Assembly (NCBI GenBank): GCA_046735395.1
Contig: JBJKQR010000018.1
Span: 31,088 to 95,087 of the forward strand
Direction: 5' to 3'
DNA length: 64,000 nt
From: Fidelibacterota bacterium
Lineage (GTDB): Bacteria; Fidelibacterota; Fidelibacteria; Fidelibacterales; DSDE01
The notes beneath the pieces were generated by a model, which was not told where the DNA came from, searched no databases, and saw nothing but the letters and a program-made list of their open reading frames with translations. Of the stretch, positions 46,467-55,162 are shown piece after piece (position 1 is the stretch's first letter; the number at the start of each line of letters is the position of its first letter). A program made the position numbers and the translations under genes.

Positions 46467-47428
46467 TATATTTCTCCTTCACAGCCCTGCATGAGGGCCA
46501 GTTTTCCCGCTCCGAACAGGCCGGCGTCCGCGCCGATGTCCGAGGCTTCGATAAGTGTTTCCCTGAAGGCGATGGGCTGGGCCCAGCGTCCCGCCTCCTG
46601 ACGAATCTGGGGAATGAATTTTCGCGCCGGGCCGAAGACGCCGCCGCCGAAAATGATGATTTCCGGATTGAAGATGCTGATATAATTGGCTGCGGCCATG
46701 CCCCAGTATTCGATGGCCTGATTGATCACCGTGATGGCCAGGGTATCGCTCGCGTCGAAGGCTTCAAATACATCGTAGGAGGTAATATGTTCGGGAAGGG
46801 GCCGGCGCAGCAGTCCGTAATAGTCCGGGGCGCTGTTCAGCAGATCCATGGCAACCCGGGCCAGTCCGTCACCACTTGCGTTATATTCGAAGCAGCCGAA
46901 TTTTTCATAGCCTTCCCGGAAGGGTTTATTCAGGGCCATCCAGCCGGTGGCACCGGCGATGTTACTCTGTCCGTGGAGAATCTTTCCATCCACCAGGATG
47001 CCCGCCCCGATACCGGTGCCGACGGCAAGAAATACGGCATTCCGGCAGTTTTTCGCATGTCCCTGCCACACTTCGCCGAGAATATAGCAGCTCCGGTCGC
47101 TCTCGATGAAGATGGGAATCCCATCGCTGATCGCTTCCAGATCCTTTTTCAGGGGGTAATCTGTCCAGCCCGGAATATTGGGGGCCCAGACTTCACCCCG
47201 GTCCACATGATAGATGCCCGGGACGGACACACCGATGCCTTCAGGCTTGTCTCCCGTGTCATGGGCGGCCTGTATCAGTTTCTTTACCTGCTTCTGAATG
47301 ATTTCACTGACCTGCACACCGGATTTCCCGGCTATCTCCGTCTTCTGACGGTTCAGGATTTCACCGTTTTCCGCCATCAGGGCAGAGGAGGATTTTGTAC
47401 CGCCCAGATCAACCGCTATAATGGTCAT
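46466..47428 (-). CDS. ROK-family sugar kinase
   Basis: IIAVDLGGTK ATP-binding motif, AVGTGIGAGI. Start trimmed to the ATG at 47428 behind AAGGAG. Confidence 0.8.
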   Translation of the reverse strand: MTIIAVDLGGTKSSSALMAENGEILNRQKTEIAGKSGVQVSEIIQKQVKKLIQAAHDTGDKPEGIGVSVPGIYHVDRGEVWAPNIPGWTDYPLKKDLEAISDGIPIFIESDRSCYILGEVWQGHAKNCRNAVFLAVGTGIGAGILVDGKILHGQSNIAGATGWMALNKPFREGYEKFGCFEYNASGDGLARVAMDLLNSAPDYYGLLRRPLPEHITSYDVFEAFDASDTLAITVINQAIEYWGMAAANYISIFNPEIIIFGGGVFGPARKFIPQIRQEAGRWAQPIAFRETLIEASDIGADAGLFGAGKLALMQGCEGEI

Positions 47429-47495
47429 GTCCGCTCCTTGATGTTGTGTCTCCCGCCTCAAAAGCTGCTGTCCGCAGGAAAACGCATTTCTAATA

Positions 47496-47509
47496 TTTTA
47501 TCGTTAACA
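47496..47509. promoter_or_regulatory. candidate LacI-family operator 1 (TTTTATCGTTAACA)
   Basis: Lies in the divergent ROK/LacI intergenic region. It has a central CG and is cre-like (reverse complement TGTTAACGATAAAA). It is a near-repeat of the site at 47544. Confidence 0.45.
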
Positions 47510-47543
47510 GTTTATGACCTTTGATGCTTGAATGCAATATTAT

Positions 47544-47557
47544 TTTTATCGATAACA
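47544..47557. promoter_or_regulatory. candidate LacI-family operator 2 (TTTTATCGATAACA, core TTATCGATAA palindrome)
   Basis: Perfect 10-bp palindrome TTATCGATAA. 13 of 14 positions are identical to site 1, which lies 48 nt away. Confidence 0.45.
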
Positions 47558-47652
47558 TTTTTTATAATAATCTCTGTTTTTTCCAGCGAGTTTTCACTAT
47601 ACTTGCATAAAGTTACTAAGGAATGGCCCGGTGAAATCCGGGCAGGGAAGCG

Positions 47653-48669
47653 ATGAGAAACGGGAAGTCGGGTAAAATAACGCTCAAGGATATTGCCGAA
47701 ATTGCCGGCGTCACATCCATGACGGTATCCCGTGTCGTCAGCGGCAAGGGTTATGTGAAGGAAAGCACGCGCGAACGCATTCTCCGGATTGTGAAAATGC
47801 TGGATTACACGCCGAACCTACTGGCCCGAAGCCTGTCCAGCATGCGGTCCAGAACCATCGGCATCATTATTCCGAAGACCGAGCAGATATTTTTAGACAA
47901 TTATCTGTCCCAGATATTGGCCGGGGTCATGGCGGAACTGAAGGAAAAGGATTACCGGCTCATGATTTATCCGGTGGATGACGAGGATATCGCACAGAAC
48001 GGCTATCTGGGTATTGCCAACAGCAAGCTGGTTGACGGAATCATCATGCTGAAACCCCGCATCGACGATCCGCATCTTCAGAATCTGGCTGAATCGGGAT
48101 TTCCCTATATTCTCATCAATCACCGTCCGGAAAACGGGCAGTATAATTTTATCGATACGGACATGAGGGCCGCAAATATCAACGTAGTGCGGTATCTGTA
48201 TGAAAAAGGCTGCAGACGGATTGCCTTCGTCGCCGGCAGCCAGCTGGAACAGAACGGCATCGATCAGCTGCAGGGCTATCGGGATGGACTTCAACAGACG
48301 GGGCTTCCCTTTGATGAGCGTCTGCTTATTTATTCCGGGGCAGGACGGGCCAACGCGGATATTGATCTCTGGACCGGCGGATCTTCCCGGCCCGATGCCA
48401 TTATCTGTACCAATGATTACACGGCCATTGCTGTTATTGATAAGCTGAAAACTCGAAATATTTCCGTTCCGGATGAGATCGCCGTCATCGGATTCAATGA
48501 TATTGAACTGGCTAAATTTTCCAGCCCGACTCTGACAACGGTAAAACTGCCCATGCTGCGAATCGGCAAAAATGCGGCGGAACAGCTGATTGCCCTGATT
48601 GAAGGCGAAGTGGCCGAACCGATAAAAATTTCTCTCGAACTTCAGCTGATCATCAGAGAATCTGCATGA
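47653..48669 (+). CDS. LacI-family transcriptional regulator
   Basis: N-terminal HTH ITLKDIAEIAGVTSMTVSRVVSG, followed by a periplasmic-binding-protein-like sugar-binding fold. 338 aa. Confidence 0.9.
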   Translation: MRNGKSGKITLKDIAEIAGVTSMTVSRVVSGKGYVKESTRERILRIVKMLDYTPNLLARSLSSMRSRTIGIIIPKTEQIFLDNYLSQILAGVMAELKEKDYRLMIYPVDDEDIAQNGYLGIANSKLVDGIIMLKPRIDDPHLQNLAESGFPYILINHRPENGQYNFIDTDMRAANINVVRYLYEKGCRRIAFVAGSQLEQNGIDQLQGYRDGLQQTGLPFDERLLIYSGAGRANADIDLWTGGSSRPDAIICTNDYTAIAVIDKLKTRNISVPDEIAVIGFNDIELAKFSSPTLTTVKLPMLRIGKNAAEQLIALIEGEVAEPIKISLELQLIIRESA

Positions 48670-48681
48670 AGGGAGTATCAT

Positions 48682-51600
48682 ATGAACAGGGAATGGTCTG
48701 ATTTTTGGACGTCCTTTCAAGTTAATGGGGGATTTATGAGGAGTGGAACAGGAAAACTGACTGTCGTGCTGTTTCTGATCATGACACTGCTGCCGGTCCG
48801 GGCACTTTTTGCAGGAAACGGCAAAATCATGGGACGGGTTACCGACAGGAAGACCGGTGACGGGATTCCCGGAGCCAATGTTATGATCACCGGTGTCTGG
48901 AAAGACGGACGCATGGAGAATCTGGAAATGGTTCAGGGTGCTGCTGCAGATGCCGATGGATACTATTTCATTCTCAATATCGTGCCCGGTACATACACCG
49001 TCAAAACGACGATGATGGGCTACAAGGGCCTGGAGATCAATCAGATTCAGGTCAACATGGACAGAACGGTCAATGTGGATTTTGTTCTGGATGAGACGGT
49101 TCTGAAAATGGAGGCGGTGCAGGTTACGGCGGCAGGTGAAATTATCAAGCCGGACGTATCCGGTACCCAGGAAATCATCACCACAGACCGGCTGGTGGAA
49201 AGTCCCCAGATCCGTCTGGATGAATTTGTCAATAACATCAAGGGTGTGGAAGTGGTTGCGGACAATGACGGAAACGGTATTTCCATCCGCGGTGGTGCCG
49301 TGCAGGAGACAGATGTGCGTCTCGATGGAATCTCCGCCCGGGATCCGCGTTCGGGAAATTCCTATCTTTCCTTCAATTCCACATCCGTATCGGAAATGCA
49401 GGTGCTGACCGGTGGTTTCGAAGCCAAATACGGCGGTTTCCGTTCGGGTATGGTCAATGCCGTGACCAAGGAAGGCTCCCGGGACCGCTATGATTTTTCC
49501 ATGAAATTCGATTATGCCCCGGCAGGTCAGAAGAAATATTTCGGTGAAGATCCCTATTCAAAAAATTCCTGGCTTTACAAGGTGTATGCCGATACGAGCT
49601 TCAAGTGGTATGACCCGTCCGATGAGACCTGGAAAAGCTACGCCATGGATGGTGTTCCGAAAGAGGATTCTCTGCTTGCCCCCGGATTTCCGGAAGAACT
49701 GCGAACTTTCAAAGGCTGGAACGACAAGAATACGGGAACCAAGAATCAGACCATCATCGGATTTCCCAAAAAGCAGAAGCTGACGGCAGAACAGAAGCGG
49801 CAGCTGTGGCTCATTCAGCATCCCGAATACAGTTATTTCAATGATCCGGATATCTACGCGGAGGGAACACTGACCGGCCCCATGCCCTTTACGAAAAATT
49901 CGACTTTTCTGCTCGGCGGGAAGCTGGAAAAAACGCAGTTTGCCTATCCCATCGGGCCGCGGGACTATTACCTCGACTACAACGGCCAGTTCAAAATGAC
50001 GACGAAGATGAGTGACAAGATGAAGGTGTCTGTCAATGCGCTGTACGGAAAGGTGAGCACGAATACCTCCAACAGGCCGTCATCCATGGGCGGTGCGCTT
50101 GTGGATTATTCAAGTCGTTTCAGTTTTCTCAATAACAACCAGTCATCCGTCCGCCAGCAGGCCAGTATTCTTGGCAGCCAGAACGGATTCATTGACATGT
50201 ACAACAAGAGCCAGCTCCAGGAACTCACCCAGCGCTGGTTCATGTCCGGCCTGAAACTGAATCATACTCTGTCGCCGCGGGTGTATTACACACTGAATCT
50301 GGAAGTGACATACAATGACAACATGATAGATCCCATGGTGGCCGACAGCAGTCAGGATGCTGCCTGGACCATGCTCGACAGTTTTCCGGTTCTGAATTAT
50401 CCGCGTATCGGCACACCCAACGGCTCAACCAACATGGGCAAGGATCTGGATGACATGTTTCTCATCTACGGCGGCCTGCAGCAGGTGGATTCCTCCTACT
50501 CCTGGTCCGCGTCCCTGCGCTGGGATCTCACCGCGCAGCTCAACCGCTTCAATCAGTTTGAAACCGGACTGGAGCTGAAATACGATCAGTCCCATGTGTA
50601 TTCGGGAACCTGGCTGCAGTCGGAGAAGATGTGGACGCTGGATACCTGGCAGTATTATGACGCCAAACCGCTGGAACTGGGTGCCTATATGCAGGATAAA
50701 CTGGAATTCGAGGGAATGATCGCGAATATCGGCATGAGGGCGGACTATTTCAATGCCAACCGCAGCGCCTACGACCTCAGGCTGCCCCTCGATGAGGATT
50801 TTTCCAATTTCTACAATCTTAACTATAATTACCTACCGGGACAGTTCGGATCCTTTGAACGCTGGCTGGCCATCCGCGATCAGCTCGGTGATCCGCCGGG
50901 CTGGCCCTCTCTCGGCAGCAAGGGGCAGCTCAAACTGTCGCCGCGTCTCGGTGTGTCCTTTCCGGTCACGACCCGCAGCAAGATGTATTTCAATTTCGGA
51001 CATGCCTATCAGCGACCGAATATGACCTTTCTGTACAACATGGTGATATCCGGAAACCAGGCGGCCATTCCCTCTCCCGATCTGGAAATGGGAAAAACCG
51101 TCCTCTACGAATTCGGATACGAACAGCAGTTTCTCAAATCCTTTCTCTTCTCGACCACCCTGTACTACAAGGATGTGAGCAATGATCCACTGTCCAGAAC
51201 CTTTGTGAATTACTGGCAGGAATTTTCTGTGATCAAATATTTTCCCGATGCCTACTCGGACATCCGTGGTGTGGAAATGCGGCTGGAAAAGAATATGGGC
51301 CGTTTCCTCACTTTCTGGGGAAATTACGAATATATTCTGAAAAGCTATGGCCGCACCGGACTCTCCACCGTGTATGAAAACAAGGTCCAGAATGCCGACG
51401 TTCAGCGAAGCGCAAATATTTCCACCACGGAGCCGGCTCCCGAAGCCCATTTCAATGTCAATCTGCATACTCCCCCGAAATGGGGACTTCTGGGCGGATT
51501 TAAAGCCGATTTTCAGTCCGAATGGCGGGATGGCGGCAAGATTGTCATGAAATATGACCCCATTACCGGAAAACAGTTCAAGGTGGATGTGGTGGACTAT

Positions 51601-51939
51601 TTCAATGTGGACCTGAGAGCATCGAAGAGTTTCCGGGTGGGCCGCCTCAATGCGGAATTTGTCATTACCGTGAACAACCTGCTCAACCAGAAACGTCTGA
51701 ATATCGGCGGCATGAGCACGGCACAATATTCCCGCTACAAGGAATCACTGCGCTTCTGGTACGAGGAGGATGAACAGGTGGTGGACAAGACGACGGGTGA
51801 AGTCGTGGACGTGATCAAAAACCACGGAAACGACAAATGGGGAGAATTTAACAAGGACTATATCGATACAGGCTGGTACACGGCGCCGATCTTTCTCAAT
51901 CCTCGCCGCATCCTTGTCGGATTCCGTTACTCATTCTGA
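48682..51939 (+). CDS. TonB-dependent outer-membrane receptor with carboxypeptidase-regulatory-like N-domain (SusC-sized, no SusD partner)
   Basis: GKIMGRVTD...DADGYYFILNIVPGTYTV (CarboxypepD_reg-like). Plug domain (ISIRGG...VRLDGISARDP...QVLTGGFEAKYGG). Long barrel ending VGFRYSF. An alternative start at 48736 (MRSGTGKLTVVLFLIM..., a cleaner signal peptide) is possible. Confidence 0.85.
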   Translation: MNREWSDFWTSFQVNGGFMRSGTGKLTVVLFLIMTLLPVRALFAGNGKIMGRVTDRKTGDGIPGANVMITGVWKDGRMENLEMVQGAAADADGYYFILNIVPGTYTVKTTMMGYKGLEINQIQVNMDRTVNVDFVLDETVLKMEAVQVTAAGEIIKPDVSGTQEIITTDRLVESPQIRLDEFVNNIKGVEVVADNDGNGISIRGGAVQETDVRLDGISARDPRSGNSYLSFNSTSVSEMQVLTGGFEAKYGGFRSGMVNAVTKEGSRDRYDFSMKFDYAPAGQKKYFGEDPYSKNSWLYKVYADTSFKWYDPSDETWKSYAMDGVPKEDSLLAPGFPEELRTFKGWNDKNTGTKNQTIIGFPKKQKLTAEQKRQLWLIQHPEYSYFNDPDIYAEGTLTGPMPFTKNSTFLLGGKLEKTQFAYPIGPRDYYLDYNGQFKMTTKMSDKMKVSVNALYGKVSTNTSNRPSSMGGALVDYSSRFSFLNNNQSSVRQQASILGSQNGFIDMYNKSQLQELTQRWFMSGLKLNHTLSPRVYYTLNLEVTYNDNMIDPMVADSSQDAAWTMLDSFPVLNYPRIGTPNGSTNMGKDLDDMFLIYGGLQQVDSSYSWSASLRWDLTAQLNRFNQFETGLELKYDQSHVYSGTWLQSEKMWTLDTWQYYDAKPLELGAYMQDKLEFEGMIANIGMRADYFNANRSAYDLRLPLDEDFSNFYNLNYNYLPGQFGSFERWLAIRDQLGDPPGWPSLGSKGQLKLSPRLGVSFPVTTRSKMYFNFGHAYQRPNMTFLYNMVISGNQAAIPSPDLEMGKTVLYEFGYEQQFLKSFLFSTTLYYKDVSNDPLSRTFVNYWQEFSVIKYFPDAYSDIRGVEMRLEKNMGRFLTFWGNYEYILKSYGRTGLSTVYENKVQNADVQRSANISTTEPAPEAHFNVNLHTPPKWGLLGGFKADFQSEWRDGGKIVMKYDPITGKQFKVDVVDYFNVDLRASKSFRVGRLNAEFVITVNNLLNQKRLNIGGMSTAQYSRYKESLRFWYEEDEQVVDKTTGEVVDVIKNHGNDKWGEFNKDYIDTGWYTAPIFLNPRRILVGFRYSF

Positions 51940-51978
51940 GTGAGACTCTGAAAGAATATTAATAAGCGAGAGGAAATC

Positions 51979-54081
51979 ATGATACATAAACATAGAAAAA
52001 TAGTGCTGGTTCTTGCCATTGTGCTGTTGCCCTTCATGGCTTCAGGCCAGAAAAAGCAGTCCGGGCCGCCCATGTTCATGGATGTGAACGCGATCAAAAT
52101 GGATCTGAAAAAGGTCAACGGTGAGGGCCAGTTCACGACTCAGTACAGCTGGATGCTGACAGGTTCTACGTCCACCATTGAGGAAATTTTCAATTATCCC
52201 CAGGATCAGTGGTACAGCAATATGCTCTACCAGATCTTCAATCCGGTCGCTCCGGATGACAATGGCTTTGTCAATCAGCATGGGCAGACGCAGAAACTTC
52301 CCACACCCTACACCAGTCCCGGAAAGAATGTCTATTCCTGGGAACGGCGACGGACCGCGCCCCCGGCTATTTACGTGGATGGGATCCGGCAGAATCAGGA
52401 ATATCCCTGGGAGGTGTATCCCGATCTGAAGTCGGATATGGAAGCCGTCTGGGAAGATATCATTCCCTTCTGGGGTATCCGCGTCAAAGTCGAACTTTAT
52501 GGCTTTTCCAATCCTAATCATGAAAATTATCTGATCTGGAAAGCGACCTATAAGTTTACAGGAGAGACCAAGCCGCCCATTGAAAATCCGGATACGAGTG
52601 ATGTTTTTCCGGATCAGACCCTGCGGCTCTGGTGGCCCCTGTCCTTCAGTTTCGGCCCTTCGAAGGCCGGCGAATATGCCACGCGCGGCGGATTTGCCTA
52701 CGAAGGCGAGGATGATCTGGATTCCTGGTTTGAGGCGACCCTGTCTCTGCCCCATTCAGGGCCCCGGAATTCTCTGAAGATTGCCTACTATTACGATTAT
52801 AAGACGCCGGGTATCAAACCTTATGCGAATGGATCGTCCGATGACAGCGGAGATCCGGATCAGGTGACTGGCCATCTGACCTCGCCTCAGATTCCCGGAT
52901 TCGCATTGCTGCATTCCGCAAAAAATTCCTTCAGTCCTGCGGATGACAACACCGATCAGCCCTATTCCATGCCCCATGCCACCATTGCGGACGATCTGTG
53001 GGGACGGCGTGATCCTGGCCTGCGTGATACCTATATCGGAGACGATGACCGGGGGAAATTTCCTCTGGATCCCATCACGGAGGGATTTATTGCCGATGGA
53101 ACCTCCCAGAAAGGGCCCATGCGTTTCATCACGGTCGGCCCCTACGAATTGCAGAAACAGGGAAACACCTGTGATTCCATCTGTGCTGTGTACGCGCTGG
53201 GTGTGGGATCCATGGACTGGAATGCCGCCGACAGTATCGGCAGGGCCTGGTTCAATGGTGATATCGACGATGCGGAAAAGGATTCTCTGGTCCTTACCGG
53301 AAAGGATTCGCTGCAGAAGGCCTTTGACCGGGCCAACTGGGCCTGGAACCGCGGGCTGGACATTCCCGATCCGCTTCCGTCTCCCTATATTGATGTGAAA
53401 AGCGATGCGGACCGCGTTCTGGTCAACTGGTCCTATCCCAATTCCGATTATTTCAGGGATCCGGATACAAAAGTCGATGACTGGGCCGCCTGGCGCGTAT
53501 ACCGTAAAAAAGGCGCATCCATGGTGGGTGCACCCGATGATAAGTACAGCGGCGAAAAATGGGAACTGATTTTCGAAACCACGGACAGAGCGGTGACGGA
53601 ATACATCGATACGGACGTGATCCGGGGAACGGCCTACTATTATGCGGTGACGGCACTGGATGACGGAAGTCAGAATACAGACGGCCTCCATCCCGGGCAG
53701 AAGCTGGAAAGTTCCCGCTATGCAAACCGCACGGCTCTCCCGGCCATTCCCTTCAAAAAGGGCCTGGACAGCAGCAGTGATGTGGTCGTCGTGCCGAACC
53801 CGGCCACCGTTGTTGCCGGTGCCCTGGGCTTTCCCGGTGAGGAAAATCAGATCATGTTCGCCAATCTTCCCTATAAATGTGATCTGCGGATCTACACGGA
53901 AACGGGTGATTTCATTTACAAAACCAGTCACATCGGCACAGACCAGGAACTCTGGTTTCAGAAAACAGACAATAATCAGTATGTCAGCCCCGGAATCTAT
54001 ATCCTGGCTGTCATCAATGCCGAAACCCTGGACGGGACAAAACTGCCGGACAAATTCACAAAATTTGTCCTGGTCAGATAG
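51979..54081 (+). CDS. secreted 700-aa protein: unknown N-terminal region + FN3-like module + T9SS C-terminal sorting domain
   Basis: Signal peptide without lipobox. FN3-like VLVNWSYPN...WRVYRKK...TEYIDTDVIRGTAYYYAVTALD (about 53410..53670). CTD-like tail VVVVPNPATV...MFANLPYKCDLRIYTETGDFIYK...VSPGIYILAVINAE...KFTKFVLVR (about 53779..54078). Confidence 0.7.
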   Translation: MIHKHRKIVLVLAIVLLPFMASGQKKQSGPPMFMDVNAIKMDLKKVNGEGQFTTQYSWMLTGSTSTIEEIFNYPQDQWYSNMLYQIFNPVAPDDNGFVNQHGQTQKLPTPYTSPGKNVYSWERRRTAPPAIYVDGIRQNQEYPWEVYPDLKSDMEAVWEDIIPFWGIRVKVELYGFSNPNHENYLIWKATYKFTGETKPPIENPDTSDVFPDQTLRLWWPLSFSFGPSKAGEYATRGGFAYEGEDDLDSWFEATLSLPHSGPRNSLKIAYYYDYKTPGIKPYANGSSDDSGDPDQVTGHLTSPQIPGFALLHSAKNSFSPADDNTDQPYSMPHATIADDLWGRRDPGLRDTYIGDDDRGKFPLDPITEGFIADGTSQKGPMRFITVGPYELQKQGNTCDSICAVYALGVGSMDWNAADSIGRAWFNGDIDDAEKDSLVLTGKDSLQKAFDRANWAWNRGLDIPDPLPSPYIDVKSDADRVLVNWSYPNSDYFRDPDTKVDDWAAWRVYRKKGASMVGAPDDKYSGEKWELIFETTDRAVTEYIDTDVIRGTAYYYAVTALDDGSQNTDGLHPGQKLESSRYANRTALPAIPFKKGLDSSSDVVVVPNPATVVAGALGFPGEENQIMFANLPYKCDLRIYTETGDFIYKTSHIGTDQELWFQKTDNNQYVSPGIYILAVINAETLDGTKLPDKFTKFVLVR

Positions 54082-54094
54082 AAAGGACTGAATC

Positions 54095-55123
54095 ATGAGA
54101 TATCATTATAAATTTTTCACTCCGGTCTGCCTTGTCCTGCTGGTTTCCAGCCTGGCTTTTGCCGATATAGAAAAAAAGGCTCAGACCGGATTTCGTTTTC
54201 TGGATAACGCCATTTCCGCCGAAGCCATCGGCCGGGGTGGCCTGGGGCTGGTTTCCAGCCGGGACGCAAACGCCTCATTCTGGAATCCTTCGGGCCTGGC
54301 CTGGATGGAAACAGGTTTCGATTTCGCCGCGAATTATACGAACGGCATCGCCGATATCAATCACAGCTCCTTTACCGTAGCGACCAAACTCGGCCGTTTG
54401 GGCGTGCTGGGCGTGGATCTGCTTTCCATGGATTACGGAGAGCTGACGGGAACTCGCCGGGCTGCCAATGAACTGGGTTTTGAAACGACCGGACCCTTTT
54501 CACCCATGGCCATGGCGACGGGTGTCACCTATGCCCGGAAGGTCAGTGACCGCTTTTCCTGGGGACTGAAGGCAAAATATGCCATCCAGGATCTGGGCTC
54601 GGCCTGGATTGCCCTCGAAGGAAAGGACGTGGACGACACGACGCTGGTGATCGGCAAGCAGAAATACCGGCTCGGTGAACCGGCCCTCGATATCGGAACC
54701 ACCTATGATTTCAACAGTCATGGTATCCGCTTCGGGGCTGTGATGACAAATATTTCCAGGGAAATCAAATATGAACGGGAATCGGCTAAATTTCCCTTTC
54801 CCTTTGCCGTGAGTTTCAGTCTGGGGTTTGCCCCTCTGACTTACCTCGATGTGAATTCCTCCGTCCATTCTCTGTTTGTGGGCTTTGAATCCGTTCATCC
54901 CCGGGACTTCAAGGAAAAGCTGAAAATAGGTGCGGAATACTGTTACGCCGGAACTTTGATACTTCGGAGCGGCTACATGATGAATTATGATGAACGGGGG
55001 CTGACCTTCGGATTCGGTATCCGGCACGAGATGGCCGGGACTCATGTGCGGCTGGATTATGCCTATCAGGATTTTGGAATTTTTTCCGGAGTTCATACCA
55101 TTTCCCTCGGTCTCGCCCACTGA
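54095..55123 (+). CDS. PorV/PorQ-like outer-membrane beta-barrel
   Basis: Signal peptide. N-terminal GFRFLDNAISAEAIGRGGLGLVSSRDANASFWNPSGLA, typical of PorV (LptO)/UPF0164-type barrels. Alternating beta-strand pattern, with the C-terminus ending in aromatic-rich strands. Confidence 0.7.
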   Translation: MRYHYKFFTPVCLVLLVSSLAFADIEKKAQTGFRFLDNAISAEAIGRGGLGLVSSRDANASFWNPSGLAWMETGFDFAANYTNGIADINHSSFTVATKLGRLGVLGVDLLSMDYGELTGTRRAANELGFETTGPFSPMAMATGVTYARKVSDRFSWGLKAKYAIQDLGSAWIALEGKDVDDTTLVIGKQKYRLGEPALDIGTTYDFNSHGIRFGAVMTNISREIKYERESAKFPFPFAVSFSLGFAPLTYLDVNSSVHSLFVGFESVHPRDFKEKLKIGAEYCYAGTLILRSGYMMNYDERGLTFGFGIRHEMAGTHVRLDYAYQDFGIFSGVHTISLGLAH

Positions 55124-55162
55124 CACCCCTTTAAAATCTGAAAATACGTTCAGGAGAGTTTT

